A DNA stretch of 64,000 bases from an uncultured delta proteobacterium (lineage in GTDB: Bacteria; Desulfobacterota; Desulfuromonadia; Desulfuromonadales; BM103), in contig CAVQRZ010000023.1 in the NCBI GenBank assembly GCA_963715335.1, forward strand, positions 1 to 64,000, in the 5' to 3' direction. How positions within the stretch are numbered: the first letter of the stretch is position 1; every line of letters begins with the position of its first letter. Position numbers and translations under genes: made by a program. Shown piece after piece: positions 9,653 through 18,748 of the stretch. The notes beneath the pieces were generated by a model. That model worked only from the letters and a program-made list of their open reading frames with translations. It was not told where the DNA came from and did no database searches.

Positions 9653-10543
9653 CTACAGGATACTCTTGCCAAACAGGGAGGCGATCAGGGACACAGCCGT
9701 CTGGGCTGTTTTATTGCGATTGTCAAGAATCGGATTGATTTCGACGATATCGAGGGAACTCAGGCGCCTGGAGTCGGCAATAATTTCCATAAGCAACTGG
9801 GCCTCGCGATAAGAAATGCCACCATCGACCAGGGTGCCGGCACCTGGCGCAGCCTGGGGATCAAGAGCATCGATATCAAGGCTGACATGCAGTCTTTGCC
9901 GATGACTGAGTTTTTTTAAAGCTTCAACCGCGACGGCACCGATCCCTCTCTCATCGATGTCACGCATCGTATAAACCGTTACGCCACTCTCTCCAAGACT
10001 CTGCCGTTCGCCCGGATCCAGGTCGCGAACGCCGACCATAACGACATCTTTCGCCTGCAGTGTGGCGTGGGGACCGCCGACCCCGACCAGCTCCGGGTGG
10101 CCGTGACCCAGCAGGAGCGCAAGGGCCATGCCGTGGATGTTTCCGGAACGGGAGGAATCGCAGGTGTTGAAATCACCATGCGCGTCGATCCAGAGCACTC
10201 CCGTAGACTCCTGCTGGGTAACTCCGGCGATCGTTCCTACGGAAATCGAATGGTCCCCACCCAGAAAAACCGGGATGTAGCCATTTTCTACCGCCTTGCT
10301 CCCGGCAAGACAGACGGCTTCACAGACTTTTTTTATCGAGGGGAGATAACGTTCGGAGCGTTCGCCGGAAAGCGATTCCCGGACCGGGACGTGCAGGTTG
10401 CCGTAATCGTAGACTTCATAACCCAACTGTTCGAGTCTTGCCGAGAGGCCGGCATACCTCAAGGCACCCGGACCCAGGTCAACCCCGCGGTGTGACTGCC
10501 CCAGATCAACTGGCACACCGATTATCTGTATCGTCTTTTTCAT
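9653..10543 (-). CDS. rocF: Arginase
   Basis: GGDHS, DAHGDFN, SGNIHGM, SLDIDALDP, VEINP. Confidence 0.93.
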   Translation of the reverse strand: MKKTIQIIGVPVDLGQSHRGVDLGPGALRYAGLSARLEQLGYEVYDYGNLHVPVRESLSGERSERYLPSIKKVCEAVCLAGSKAVENGYIPVFLGGDHSISVGTIAGVTQQESTGVLWIDAHGDFNTCDSSRSGNIHGMALALLLGHGHPELVGVGGPHATLQAKDVVMVGVRDLDPGERQSLGESGVTVYTMRDIDERGIGAVAVEALKKLSHRQRLHVSLDIDALDPQAAPGAGTLVDGGISYREAQLLMEIIADSRRLSSLDIVEINPILDNRNKTAQTAVSLIASLFGKSIL

Positions 10544-10563
10544 GGCAGCCACAAAATCGACAT

Positions 10564-11655
10564 TCAACCTTTGAGGTTGTTCCACAGATTGACAGTAAAA
10601 TCCTGGGCGTTGGTCAGAATCGCCACAGCCTGCGCAGAACCGCGATTGGCAAGCTTGTCTGCGCTGAACTCTGTCATATCCACGATATAAAAAAATACCG
10701 GGCGGACCACACCATCAGGCATGACCCGGTAGCTGGGTACCATATTGCCGAAGGCGATCGAATGTAATTGCGTGGCCAGGGCAACCACCGTGGTTGCCTT
10801 TCGGGCATGGACGCGCATGGCATCCTGGGCAAGGTAGACATCTGAGATAACCTCGGGCAATGGCCCATCATCGCGAATCGACCCGGCGAGGACATAGGGG
10901 ACGCCCTGCTTTTCGCAGGCATAAATAATCCCGTCCTTGAGTTGCAGGTCTTCAATTGCCCGCGCTATCGAGCCTCTGCGGCGCACTTCATTGATAATAT
11001 CGAGATGGTTGTAGTGGCCGAGCGGCTTGAGGGTCTGCGAATAGATATCCTGCCCCAGGCCAGTACGGTACAGGGCGGCCTCAAGGTCATGAGTGGCCAG
11101 CGCATTGCCGGCCAGCAAGCCGTGACAGAAGCCGTTCTCTATCAGGCCCTGCATGGAGTCCCTGCTGTCCTTGTCAAAGGCCACAGCGGGCCCAAGGACC
11201 CAGACTATGTGGCCATGCTCGCGGTCATGGCGAAGGACCTTGTAGAGGTCATCGTAGCAACGTGAGAAAGGGGTTTCACGGGTACCGCGGGTCCGAAAGG
11301 AGAACTTGTCGGCGGCTGGGCCCGCTTCCTGCTCGAAGCCCTCAACATGCACGTAAATCCCGTCCTCGCCATTTTCGGTACGGCCAACCACCACCAGGTC
11401 GCCCTTGCGCACTCTGCGCGCCTCAGTGACGTCAATCATTTCACCGTTGAGAACGAGCACTGCATCCATGCGGCTCTCGGGAGCAAGCAGCCACCGGCCG
11501 TTACCGAGATGAAGGTATTCAGGATGGTTTGAAGTGCCGTGAAAATTAGCCGGGACAACCCCGTGGTCGGGCGCTGGTTCGGTTTTTACAGGCGGAGAGA
11601 GTTTCAGCCGCTCGGAATTGAAATCTGGGGGGCTGTAAGACGGTACAACGCTCAT
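10564..11655 (-). CDS. TIGR00300 / LOR-SDH-type protein, probable ornithine cyclodeaminase
   Basis: NFHGTSNHPEY, RMDAVLV, LLAGNALATHDLE, VLAGSIRDDGPLP, LHSIAFGNM, KLANRGS; adjacent to arginase. Confidence 0.75.
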   Translation of the reverse strand: MSVVPSYSPPDFNSERLKLSPPVKTEPAPDHGVVPANFHGTSNHPEYLHLGNGRWLLAPESRMDAVLVLNGEMIDVTEARRVRKGDLVVVGRTENGEDGIYVHVEGFEQEAGPAADKFSFRTRGTRETPFSRCYDDLYKVLRHDREHGHIVWVLGPAVAFDKDSRDSMQGLIENGFCHGLLAGNALATHDLEAALYRTGLGQDIYSQTLKPLGHYNHLDIINEVRRRGSIARAIEDLQLKDGIIYACEKQGVPYVLAGSIRDDGPLPEVISDVYLAQDAMRVHARKATTVVALATQLHSIAFGNMVPSYRVMPDGVVRPVFFYIVDMTEFSADKLANRGSAQAVAILTNAQDFTVNLWNNLKG

Positions 11656-11759
11656 CGTTCATAGCTCCTCTTGGAGAAACACCTTTGCCATATTCATCTT
11701 GGCAAGGATGTGACAGAAGTCAAGCCCGGCAGGACGTGTGGCCGGATGTTGCCTCGCAA

Positions 11760-12131
11760 TCAGTCTCTTTCAACGACTTTTTTTACCGCAAGCCAGTTGG
11801 CATAGAGGACCACGGCCAGGGCCGGGATGCGGATCAACTCCAGACCGCCTTGCAGACCGTCACGGAACGTGTCCATGATAACGACGCCGAGATAACACAA
11901 GGCAAACAACTTGATCACCTTCACAGACCAGGCTTCCCGACTGCTCCATGCGAGACTGAGGATTGCGAGGCTGCCAAGGCCGTAGGCGATCGTGACATAG
12001 GAAAATGTCAGGGCGCGGCCCGGGACGGTTCCGGACATGACAATATTCATCCCGTAATAGGTCAGGAAGAACGAGGTCAGAACGGTCAGCGCGACCAGCC
12101 CGACCATAAGAATGTAGTCACGATTATTCAT
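11760..12131 (-). CDS. Hypothetical 4-TM membrane protein
   Basis: Four hydrophobic segments; start uncertain. Confidence 0.65.
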   Translation of the reverse strand: MNNRDYILMVGLVALTVLTSFFLTYYGMNIVMSGTVPGRALTFSYVTIAYGLGSLAILSLAWSSREAWSVKVIKLFALCYLGVVIMDTFRDGLQGGLELIRIPALAVVLYANWLAVKKVVERD

Positions 12132-12262
12132 TGGAGCCCCTGTGGATGATATTTTCATTTAAAGTAGAACAGCGGACACTCTACCTTTTCTAAAACCAAA
12201 AAGCATGGATATTTTAAAATGGCATATCGATGACATAGAAGTTCAACCGAGGGGCTCCCGAT

Positions 12263-13159
12263 TCACGTTTCAGATGGCTTCCGTGAGCGGGTCGCCAGGA
12301 AGATTCCCGTGCCGATCAGGCAAACACCGAAACCGTGGTACCACCTGAATGCCTCGCCGAGAAAGACGACCGCCATGAGGCTGCCAAATACCGGCATCAG
12401 GTGAATGAACAGCCCTGCCCGGTTGGCACCGACAAGTTCGACACCACGGTTATAGCAAAGGTAGGAGACGATCGACGGGAAGACCATGACATAGCCGATC
12501 ACCAGCAGGTTGGCCAGTGTCACCTGCATGACGGCCACCGTCATGGATTCCCACAAGTAAAGTGGCAGGAGCACGATGGTTCCGATCCAGAAGATTGTAC
12601 AGATAAACGCAAGGGGATGAACGTGCGGCCGCTTGCGAAGCATCACCGAGTAGCCTGCGTAGCAGGCGATAGCAGTCATGACCAGGAAATCTCCGCGATT
12701 TACCGACAGGGACATCAAAGCCACTGCATCACCGCGAGCGATGATCACGACCGCCCCTGAAAGAGACACCACGATGCCGGCACACTGCAAAATCGTCACA
12801 CTTTCCCGGAAAATCAGGAATGACAATGCCACGATCATCACCGGCATCAGGGATTGAATCAGGAATGCGTTGATGGCCTGGGTGTACTGAAGACCGGAAT
12901 ACGCCAGCGAATTGAAGGCAGCGATACCCAATACTGCCAGCAACAGGATTGCAGGCCAGGCCCGTGTGAGAGAGCGGTGATCGCGACGCAGATACGGCAA
13001 GGCCGGCCAGGTTACCAGAACAGAAGCACCCAGCCAGCGCCAGAATGCGAGTGCGATCGGCGGGATATCGTTGTGAAATGCGCGGCCGAGAATGAAGTTC
13101 CCGGCCCAGAAAAGCACCGCCATGGTCAGCAACAGGTATGGACGATCCTTGATCTTCAT
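12263..13159 (-). CDS. DMT/EamA family transporter
   Basis: FWAGNF, YSGLQYTQAINA, NRGVELVGANRAG, GEAF; about 10 TM. Confidence 0.9.
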   Translation of the reverse strand: MKIKDRPYLLLTMAVLFWAGNFILGRAFHNDIPPIALAFWRWLGASVLVTWPALPYLRRDHRSLTRAWPAILLLAVLGIAAFNSLAYSGLQYTQAINAFLIQSLMPVMIVALSFLIFRESVTILQCAGIVVSLSGAVVIIARGDAVALMSLSVNRGDFLVMTAIACYAGYSVMLRKRPHVHPLAFICTIFWIGTIVLLPLYLWESMTVAVMQVTLANLLVIGYVMVFPSIVSYLCYNRGVELVGANRAGLFIHLMPVFGSLMAVVFLGEAFRWYHGFGVCLIGTGIFLATRSRKPSET

Positions 13160-13983
13160 TGCATCACGCGGTAGACGATCAAGCCCGTTTTCCCGCGCAT
13201 ATAAGTCATCAGCTCTTCGTCTATGACCCGTTCCACACCACCGCGCGAAGAGGCATGACGAAACATGATGGCCCCACCCGTCTTGACAATCAACCCCGTG
13301 TGACTGACATCCAGCCCCGGACGGGGACTGAATACCCCTATGTAATCGCCCGGGTCAAGAGCATCGAGAAGCTTTGCGTCCAGTTCACCGGCGGGGATAT
13401 AGATGATCGTTCTTGGTATCACGTCGATCCCATCCACCCAGGTGGCCTCGCCATCTCTCGCATTCAGTTCTTTTTGGGCAGAACGTTCCCTGCCCTGGCC
13501 GACCATTGCCGTAATATCCTTGATTGGTGACTCTTTAGCCGACACCCAATCGCTGAAGAAATGCCTGCGATTTTCAAAGGAGACCACCCCCGCCCGGTAA
13601 CGAACCTGCATCATCTGCATCGGGAAGTCACCCGCAGCAGTGCTGCGACGTAAAGCCTCTACGGTATCCAGGAAGGTAAAACAGTCGAAACCGTCCAGCC
13701 TGGTCACCAGCTGCTCAGTTTCTGCGGGGCCTCCGATCAGGCTGTTTGCCAGATAAGGAACGCCGAGGAAATGGCTGGAAATGGACGTGATGCGGCCGCC
13801 GGGAGCCTCGCTCCCGGCAGACTCCCGCAAAATTTTTTCAACGTAGGTAGATTGCCGCAGAGGAGATTTGCTGCCGTCGTCTACCAGCATGGCGGCGTCA
13901 CAAAAAACATAAAGTGAAAGGCAAAGACCCGTCACGCAACCTGCCGCAGATAAAGCCTTTATCACTGAAGATGGGCTCAGCAC
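13156..13983 (-). CDS. DUF1460 family (NlpC/P60-like amidase)
   Basis: FLGVPY, FDCFTFLD, RRHFFSDW, LDVSHTG, RHASS; start tentative (GTG). Confidence 0.82.
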   Translation of the reverse strand: MLSPSSVIKALSAAGCVTGLCLSLYVFCDAAMLVDDGSKSPLRQSTYVEKILRESAGSEAPGGRITSISSHFLGVPYLANSLIGGPAETEQLVTRLDGFDCFTFLDTVEALRRSTAAGDFPMQMMQVRYRAGVVSFENRRHFFSDWVSAKESPIKDITAMVGQGRERSAQKELNARDGEATWVDGIDVIPRTIIYIPAGELDAKLLDALDPGDYIGVFSPRPGLDVSHTGLIVKTGGAIMFRHASSRGGVERVIDEELMTYMRGKTGLIVYRVMQ

Positions 13984-13996
13984 GATGGCGCACCTG

Positions 13997-14458
13997 TCAT
14001 GCCTGTTTGAGGAAATATCCGACCACCTGCCACTGATCATCCTCTCCGAGCATCAGGGTGAGTTTTTCAAAAACCCGTTCACTGAGCGCAAACCTTGAGA
14101 CAAAGGTCATGACCACGTACTCACCGGCCGGGACATCGCCCGCCGAATCAGTGTATGTGATATCGTGGTGTATCCGTTCGACGATCGGGCCGAGAAAAGA
14201 CCTGAGACGATCAATCTCCTCGCTCCAGGCTGCCTGCGTCAGCATGTTTTTGAGAGCGACCGAAGTCACCTCCCAGCTTTTTGCATACTCCTCGGTATCA
14301 ACCAGGTATAAAAACTCTGATGCAGCGACCAGGCTGTGCCGGGTCACCAGCTCGCTGGGGACCTTGTTGATTGCTGGAACGATAATCCAGAGCAGACTCG
14401 CCGCGAACAAAAACAGGTGTATGCGCACTTGCCATGGTATGGCCAGTTTCTTAATCAT
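13997..14458 (-). CDS. DUF4019 domain protein
   Basis: FLYLVDTEEYAKSW, PAGEYVVMTFVSRF, WQVVGYF; GGGAGG RBS. Confidence 0.8.
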   Translation of the reverse strand: MIKKLAIPWQVRIHLFLFAASLLWIIVPAINKVPSELVTRHSLVAASEFLYLVDTEEYAKSWEVTSVALKNMLTQAAWSEEIDRLRSFLGPIVERIHHDITYTDSAGDVPAGEYVVMTFVSRFALSERVFEKLTLMLGEDDQWQVVGYFLKQA

Positions 14459-14558
14459 TGTGTCCTCCCGTCGCAATCAAGAGGAAAGGTTTTATTTCAT
14501 TTTAATATGGGATTCGGCCAGTGGCAACCCGGCGGCCGGGAAATGCTGCTGGAGACAG

Positions 14559-15224
14559 TCAACCGAATAGCTCCCCCTGACTCCAGGCTGGTTGCTGCCG
14601 CTCTCCCTGCTTGATGATTTGACAGGCGGAGAGCCAGAGTTCACGGGTCAGTTCAATGTCGTACTGCGAATCGTGCAACCTGTCTTCATCGACTTCGATG
14701 CCGCAATACTTCGCGACCGTTACGAGTTTGAAGTTAGGCAGTTCGGCACGCACCGGCAGCAGGATCTGTGCCCAGACCAGCATGACGTCCAGGCACGGGT
14801 ACCAGAACCAGCTACCGAAGAAGCGGTCGTTGTTCTTTTCCCAGAAACGCCGCATAAAGGGCATGTCGAAGCTGTGCGCGTTATAGCCTACAAACTGGAA
14901 TTTATCGGACTTGTCATACTGGCTGACATATTTCTTGAACATTGTGTGCATGCGCACGTAGATCTCTCTCGGGTCCTCGAATACCTGTCCGGCAACAGCC
15001 AGGTGGTCGGGGTGATCAGGAAGGAGAAATTGTTTGCGGTCAATCCCGGTCACTTCGAGGGCCGCGCTCTCTATCACGTCCTGAGGGAATGGCCTGACAA
15101 AATAGTCGAACGATTCCATGACCTCATTATCAACCTGCACACAACCGGAAATCTGTGTCAGCCCATTACAGTCGGGGTTGACCCCTGTCGTCTCAACGTC
15201 GATAAATATTAATTTCTGTTGCAT
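14559..15224 (-). CDS. DEDDh 3'-5' exonuclease (DnaQ-like)
   Basis: FIDVETTG, VGYNAHSFD, HDSQYD; TTG start. Confidence 0.88.
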   Translation of the reverse strand: MQQKLIFIDVETTGVNPDCNGLTQISGCVQVDNEVMESFDYFVRPFPQDVIESAALEVTGIDRKQFLLPDHPDHLAVAGQVFEDPREIYVRMHTMFKKYVSQYDKSDKFQFVGYNAHSFDMPFMRRFWEKNNDRFFGSWFWYPCLDVMLVWAQILLPVRAELPNFKLVTVAKYCGIEVDEDRLHDSQYDIELTRELWLSACQIIKQGERQQPAWSQGELFG

Positions 15225-15254
15225 AGCATCATTCCATTAAAGAAGTATCGACAC

Positions 15255-15740
15255 TCAGCGCTTTCTCATATTGGGAGTCGAGCCCTGGAACAGCGTCGAA
15301 CCGGTCACATCCAGAAAGTTCTCGGTCAAAACGCCCCGCGGCAGGACTTTTTCTCCATAAAGGACCCTGTTCCCCTCCTTGATAAATATCTCGATATCAG
15401 GATTTCCGTCCTCGCAGGGCAATTTGACCGCAAAGACCTTGTAATTCTCAGGAAGTTTGTCGAGCGGAGGTTCAGCATTCATCTGGCGGAAAGCATTAAC
15501 CAGCCCCAGGGCGGTATCGTTATTGGCTTCCGAGACCCCGCCAATGCCGGCCCGGATACAAGCAGCCAGGTAATTCTTGGTAAAATTCCTGGTGTTCTTG
15601 GCCCTGGTCAGGGGTCCCAGGGTCAACGCGGAGTTGTCAAAAGCTGAATCGATCTCACCGCTTTCAACAGCGGCGATGACATCAACGAGAAGGCCGTCGA
15701 GATCCGCCGGGGTCCATTTGTCAGGCTTGAATTTTGTCAT
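15255..15740 (-). CDS. Hypothetical protein
   Basis: 161-aa ORF with protein-like composition, 30 nt upstream of the exonuclease; no recognised motif. Confidence 0.65.
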   Translation of the reverse strand: MTKFKPDKWTPADLDGLLVDVIAAVESGEIDSAFDNSALTLGPLTRAKNTRNFTKNYLAACIRAGIGGVSEANNDTALGLVNAFRQMNAEPPLDKLPENYKVFAVKLPCEDGNPDIEIFIKEGNRVLYGEKVLPRGVLTENFLDVTGSTLFQGSTPNMRKR

Positions 15741-15934
15741 GAGTCGATTCTAGCGAAGATAAGACAGCAGGGCAAACGGGAACTCGCGCAGTCTGCAAAA
15801 AAAGTCCCCAGCTTGAAGCGAACGGGCTTCGATGGCATCAATCGGGCGCGGCTGAACACCCGGACAGGGCCAGAAGGTGTTGACAACCCTTCACGTCTTG
15901 AAAAAGTTCGGATTGGAAAGGATTGGCGCCATGC

Positions 15935-16111
15935 CTAATTGTAGCCCTGGTCTGCTCCGGGCGCCGGTTTAATCAAGGCAACGATCAAAATGGCAAAAGG
16001 CCCCAGCAAAAGTCCAAGGAGACCCCAAAAGAGGACATTACGATTTTTGCCCCGGGCAAGTGAGCCTGTGGCAAAAGGGAAGACAAGCCATGCAATCAGG
16101 TATTCCATCAT
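15935..16111 (-). CDS. Small 2-TM membrane protein (58 aa), absent from the ORF track
   Basis: GGAG RBS, then MMEYLIAWLVFPFATGSLARGKNRNVLFWGLLGLLLGPFAILIVALIKPAPGADQGYN*. Confidence 0.78.
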   Translation of the reverse strand: MMEYLIAWLVFPFATGSLARGKNRNVLFWGLLGLLLGPFAILIVALIKPAPGADQGYN

Positions 16112-16284
16112 ATCTCCATGGTGGTCGGTTAATGCCGGCTGGCACTACAGAGGATACACGCTTTGGAAACAGGATGATATCGCTAATACTGACAGGCACG
16201 GATTTTCAGATCGAGCAACCCCACCAGCCCACCCCCGGAGACGGTCCGGCTCGGACCGTCTCCGGAAGCGGCGTCGGCCTGCTC

Positions 16285-17022
16285 TCAGCGAAGCGTCTCA
16301 GCGAGGTACGCGACAAAGCGCTGCCACGATTTACGGTCGGCGTCCTCGCGATAACGGTCCGTGCCGAACACGGTGAAGGCGTGCGGCGCACCGCTGTAGG
16401 TAATCATCTCGTGCTTGACGCCGTGCGTTTCCAGCTGTTTTGCCAGGGCGGCGAAGTCATCCATGCTGACGCTGGCATCAGCGGTACCGTGCAGTATCAG
16501 GAACTGCCCCTTTGCCTTGCTGTAATCCTGCCCTTCAGGAGTTGTCAGCCCGCCGTGGAATGCAACAAAGCCCTTCATGTCGGCGCCTGACCTGGCATGT
16601 TCAAGGACTGCGGCGCCGCCGAAGCAGTAGCCCATGACAACTGCATGCTCAGTTTTGCCGCCTTTCTTTTTGGCTTGATCGACAGCGCCCTGGATCAGCG
16701 CGCGCATCTTTGCGCGATCCTTGTACAGCTCTCCGGTCTGTTGTTTTTTGGCCTCGAGCTCCGTCGGGCGGACCCCTTTACCGAACAGGTCTGCAGCAAA
16801 AACTGCATACCCCAGGTCTGCAAGCATATCGGCACGCTTGACCTCGTAATCGGTCAATCCATCCCAGTCATGGATTATGATTACCAGCGGGGCGCCTGGC
16901 GTGGGGCTGGTGTAATAACCCTCGTAATCCGCACCATTGACCTGGTAGACGACGGTTTCACCGGCAGCCCAGGCTGTAGCGGCGAAAAAAAGTACCAGTA
17001 AAAAACTTGATAATATTTTCAT
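16285..17022 (-). CDS. Dienelactone hydrolase family protein (secreted)
   Basis: Signal peptide; HDWDG, GYCFGG, HGTAD, PHAF; GGAGG RBS. Confidence 0.9.
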   Translation of the reverse strand: MKILSSFLLVLFFAATAWAAGETVVYQVNGADYEGYYTSPTPGAPLVIIIHDWDGLTDYEVKRADMLADLGYAVFAADLFGKGVRPTELEAKKQQTGELYKDRAKMRALIQGAVDQAKKKGGKTEHAVVMGYCFGGAAVLEHARSGADMKGFVAFHGGLTTPEGQDYSKAKGQFLILHGTADASVSMDDFAALAKQLETHGVKHEMITYSGAPHAFTVFGTDRYREDADRKSWQRFVAYLAETLR

Positions 17023-17128
17023 AACGACCTCCAGTGCTCTTAACGATACTGATCTAATCAGGATTCTATCAGGTTTTTGGGATCGCGTGAGCAGACAGGT
17101 GCGACTGATTGCCGAGGGGGAGAGATAT

Positions 17129-17914
17129 TTAAATGCATAGCAAAGCATCTAACTTGCTTAACCAGGCAGCGATCTTGGCATAATGAGAACCTTGCCAGTA
17201 GAGCCGTTCGCAACTGGAGCACCGATGGAACTCCTCGTAATAAAGCCTGGTCTTGGGTTCCAGGCGATCCAGGACCTCGGCCTTTTCCACCCTGGACAAT
17301 AAACCGTTGCAAACCATGCAGCGCTGCCACAGATGGATCCGCCCGGACAAGTCATAGCGTTTCAGGACTTCGCGCAACTGGCAGTCGACATGGTCACTGC
17401 GCACCAGGTAACCGTGCGCGACCTTGCGGTGCTTGAGGATACCAAGATCGCGAGTCAGAATGATGCGGTCTTCCTGAGCGGCTATCGCCATGATTTCCGC
17501 ATCATCAAGATCGTTCCTGTAACAGGCATCAAAACCAAGCAGGCGCATGCGGCGAGCGAGTTTGCCGAGATGAACGTCGAGGATGAAGGTGGCAGGGTCA
17601 GGTGGACAAGGGGTAAGCTTTAACGGCCTGGTGACCGGAACGTCCGATAAAACCGGGTAAACATCAATCGTGTCATTGTCCTGCAGAGGATAAGAGAAGT
17701 TTACAGAAAGACCGTTGGCGAGGATAACATCGACTTCGGTGTGGGGAATGCCCATGGTTTCAATAGCATCCTTGATGCCCGGGTTACCCCTGAAACGATA
17801 GGTTGGCCGATCCGCGCAATATCGACGCACCAGCAACTCTGCAAGCCCGCCATGGAAACTGAACCGGGCTGAAGACTCTGAAGAATTGTCGTTTAGCCGC
17901 GTACCGCGTGCCAC
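17129..17914 (-). CDS. Mut7-C RNase (PIN-like) with N-terminal ubiquitin-like domain
   Basis: KDAIETMGIPHTEVD, FILDVHLGKLARRMRLLGFD, RCMVCNG, CSSCERLYWQGSH. Confidence 0.9.
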   Translation of the reverse strand: MARGTRLNDNSSESSARFSFHGGLAELLVRRYCADRPTYRFRGNPGIKDAIETMGIPHTEVDVILANGLSVNFSYPLQDNDTIDVYPVLSDVPVTRPLKLTPCPPDPATFILDVHLGKLARRMRLLGFDACYRNDLDDAEIMAIAAQEDRIILTRDLGILKHRKVAHGYLVRSDHVDCQLREVLKRYDLSGRIHLWQRCMVCNGLLSRVEKAEVLDRLEPKTRLYYEEFHRCSSCERLYWQGSHYAKIAAWLSKLDALLCI

Positions 17915-17924
17915 GTTCCGCGTC
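17897..17924. repeat. Heptamer tandem repeat (CCGCGTN x4)
   Basis: ccgcgta ccgcgtg ccacgtt ccgcgtc. Confidence 0.65.
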
Positions 17925-17935
17925 CCTTGTTTATA

Positions 17936-18181
17936 TCATTCCCGGTTCGCCAGTGAAACACCGCAACTGCCGTCACAGTAGGGTTGGTCACCGGTCAATC
18001 CGCAGCCGCAGATGAAAACCTTCTGGCGGCGCTGGACTTTGAATTCGATCGGCGAGCTTTCGCTGCCGCTGTGCGATTCATCGCAAAAAGGCAGGTTTTG
18101 CGACTTGCCGCAGGTGCAGCGGTAGTAGGTTCCGGGATCCAGGATGATACCGATCGGCATGCCGACATCTTGGTTTTTCAT
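17936..18181 (-). CDS. CDGSH iron-sulfur domain protein (two motifs)
   Basis: CTCGKSQNLPFCDESH and CGCGLTGDQPYCDGSC; AGGAGA RBS. Confidence 0.88.
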   Translation of the reverse strand: MKNQDVGMPIGIILDPGTYYRCTCGKSQNLPFCDESHSGSESSPIEFKVQRRQKVFICGCGLTGDQPYCDGSCGVSLANRE

Positions 18182-18201
18182 AAAATCTCCTTTTAAAAAC
18201 C

Positions 18202-18313
18202 GGTACGCGAGACGCGGTTTAAAACTCAAAACTCAAAATCTACAACCTACATTAACAAGACAGCTTTAACTAATCTAAAAAAATACATTTTCTCGTTCCG
18301 CGTCCCGCGTCCC
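18202..18313. repeat. Cluster of heptamer repeats: inverted CCGCGTC arrays flanking AAAACTC-type repeats
   Basis: ggtacgc gagacgc gg (18202-); aaaactc aaaactc aaaatct acaacct (18221-); tctcgtt ccgcgtc ccgcgtc (18291-). Confidence 0.6.
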
Positions 18314-18314
18314 G

Positions 18315-18554
18315 TTATTTAACAAACCAGTCATACACAAAGATACTGACCACACCCAGGACCAGTAACTCCGACGACAGTGACCACGACTACAACCCAG
18401 GCCTTGCCCTTCCCTTTCGGGGTACGTTTGGCGAGGAACTGGGCATGAACCTGGAAAAGTCGTTGTTCATGTTCTCCCAGGCTTCCTTGAATATGCTGCC
18501 CTGTTCGCTGTTGTGGCTCATTGCAGGTTTTTTCTTTTTCAGCTTATTGCTCAT
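18315..18554 (-). pseudogene. Small C-terminally anchored membrane protein interrupted by two compensating indels (pseudogene or assembly error)
   Basis: Restoring one base near 18440 and removing one near 18372 gives MSNKLKKKK...FKEAWENMNNDFSRFMPxFLAKRTPKGKGKAWVVVVVTVVELLVLGVVSIFVYDWFVK*; as assembled there is an in-frame TAG at 18390-18392. Confidence 0.6.
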
Positions 18555-18748
18555 ACATGTCTTTCGCCTGGTTTTACAACATATAAACAACATAAAAACT
18601 AAAAGCCGCCTGGCCCGGGATCCGGACAAGACGGTGTCGACGTCAGTTTACATTTCTCCCCACAGCCGAGCCTTGCAATTCAGGTCAAGTAACGCATTTG
18701 AGACTACCGTTTTTAACGGTGGTGGTCAACTCAAGTGTTGGCTGCATG

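Noticed and set aside
15765..15812. GGGCAAAC...GCAAAA as a c-di-GMP-I (GEMM) riboswitch
   Set aside because: No GAAA-capped P2 stem or P3 pairing, and no plus-strand gene downstream.
16194..16208. sigma54-like AGGCACGGATTTTCA
   Set aside because: Lacks the invariant -12 GC and has no credible downstream plus-strand gene.
18390..18392. In-frame TAG as pyrrolysine or amber readthrough
   Set aside because: The intervening frame reads poorly while the neighbouring frame gives a coherent TM segment; a compensating indel pair explains it better, and no pyl genes are seen.
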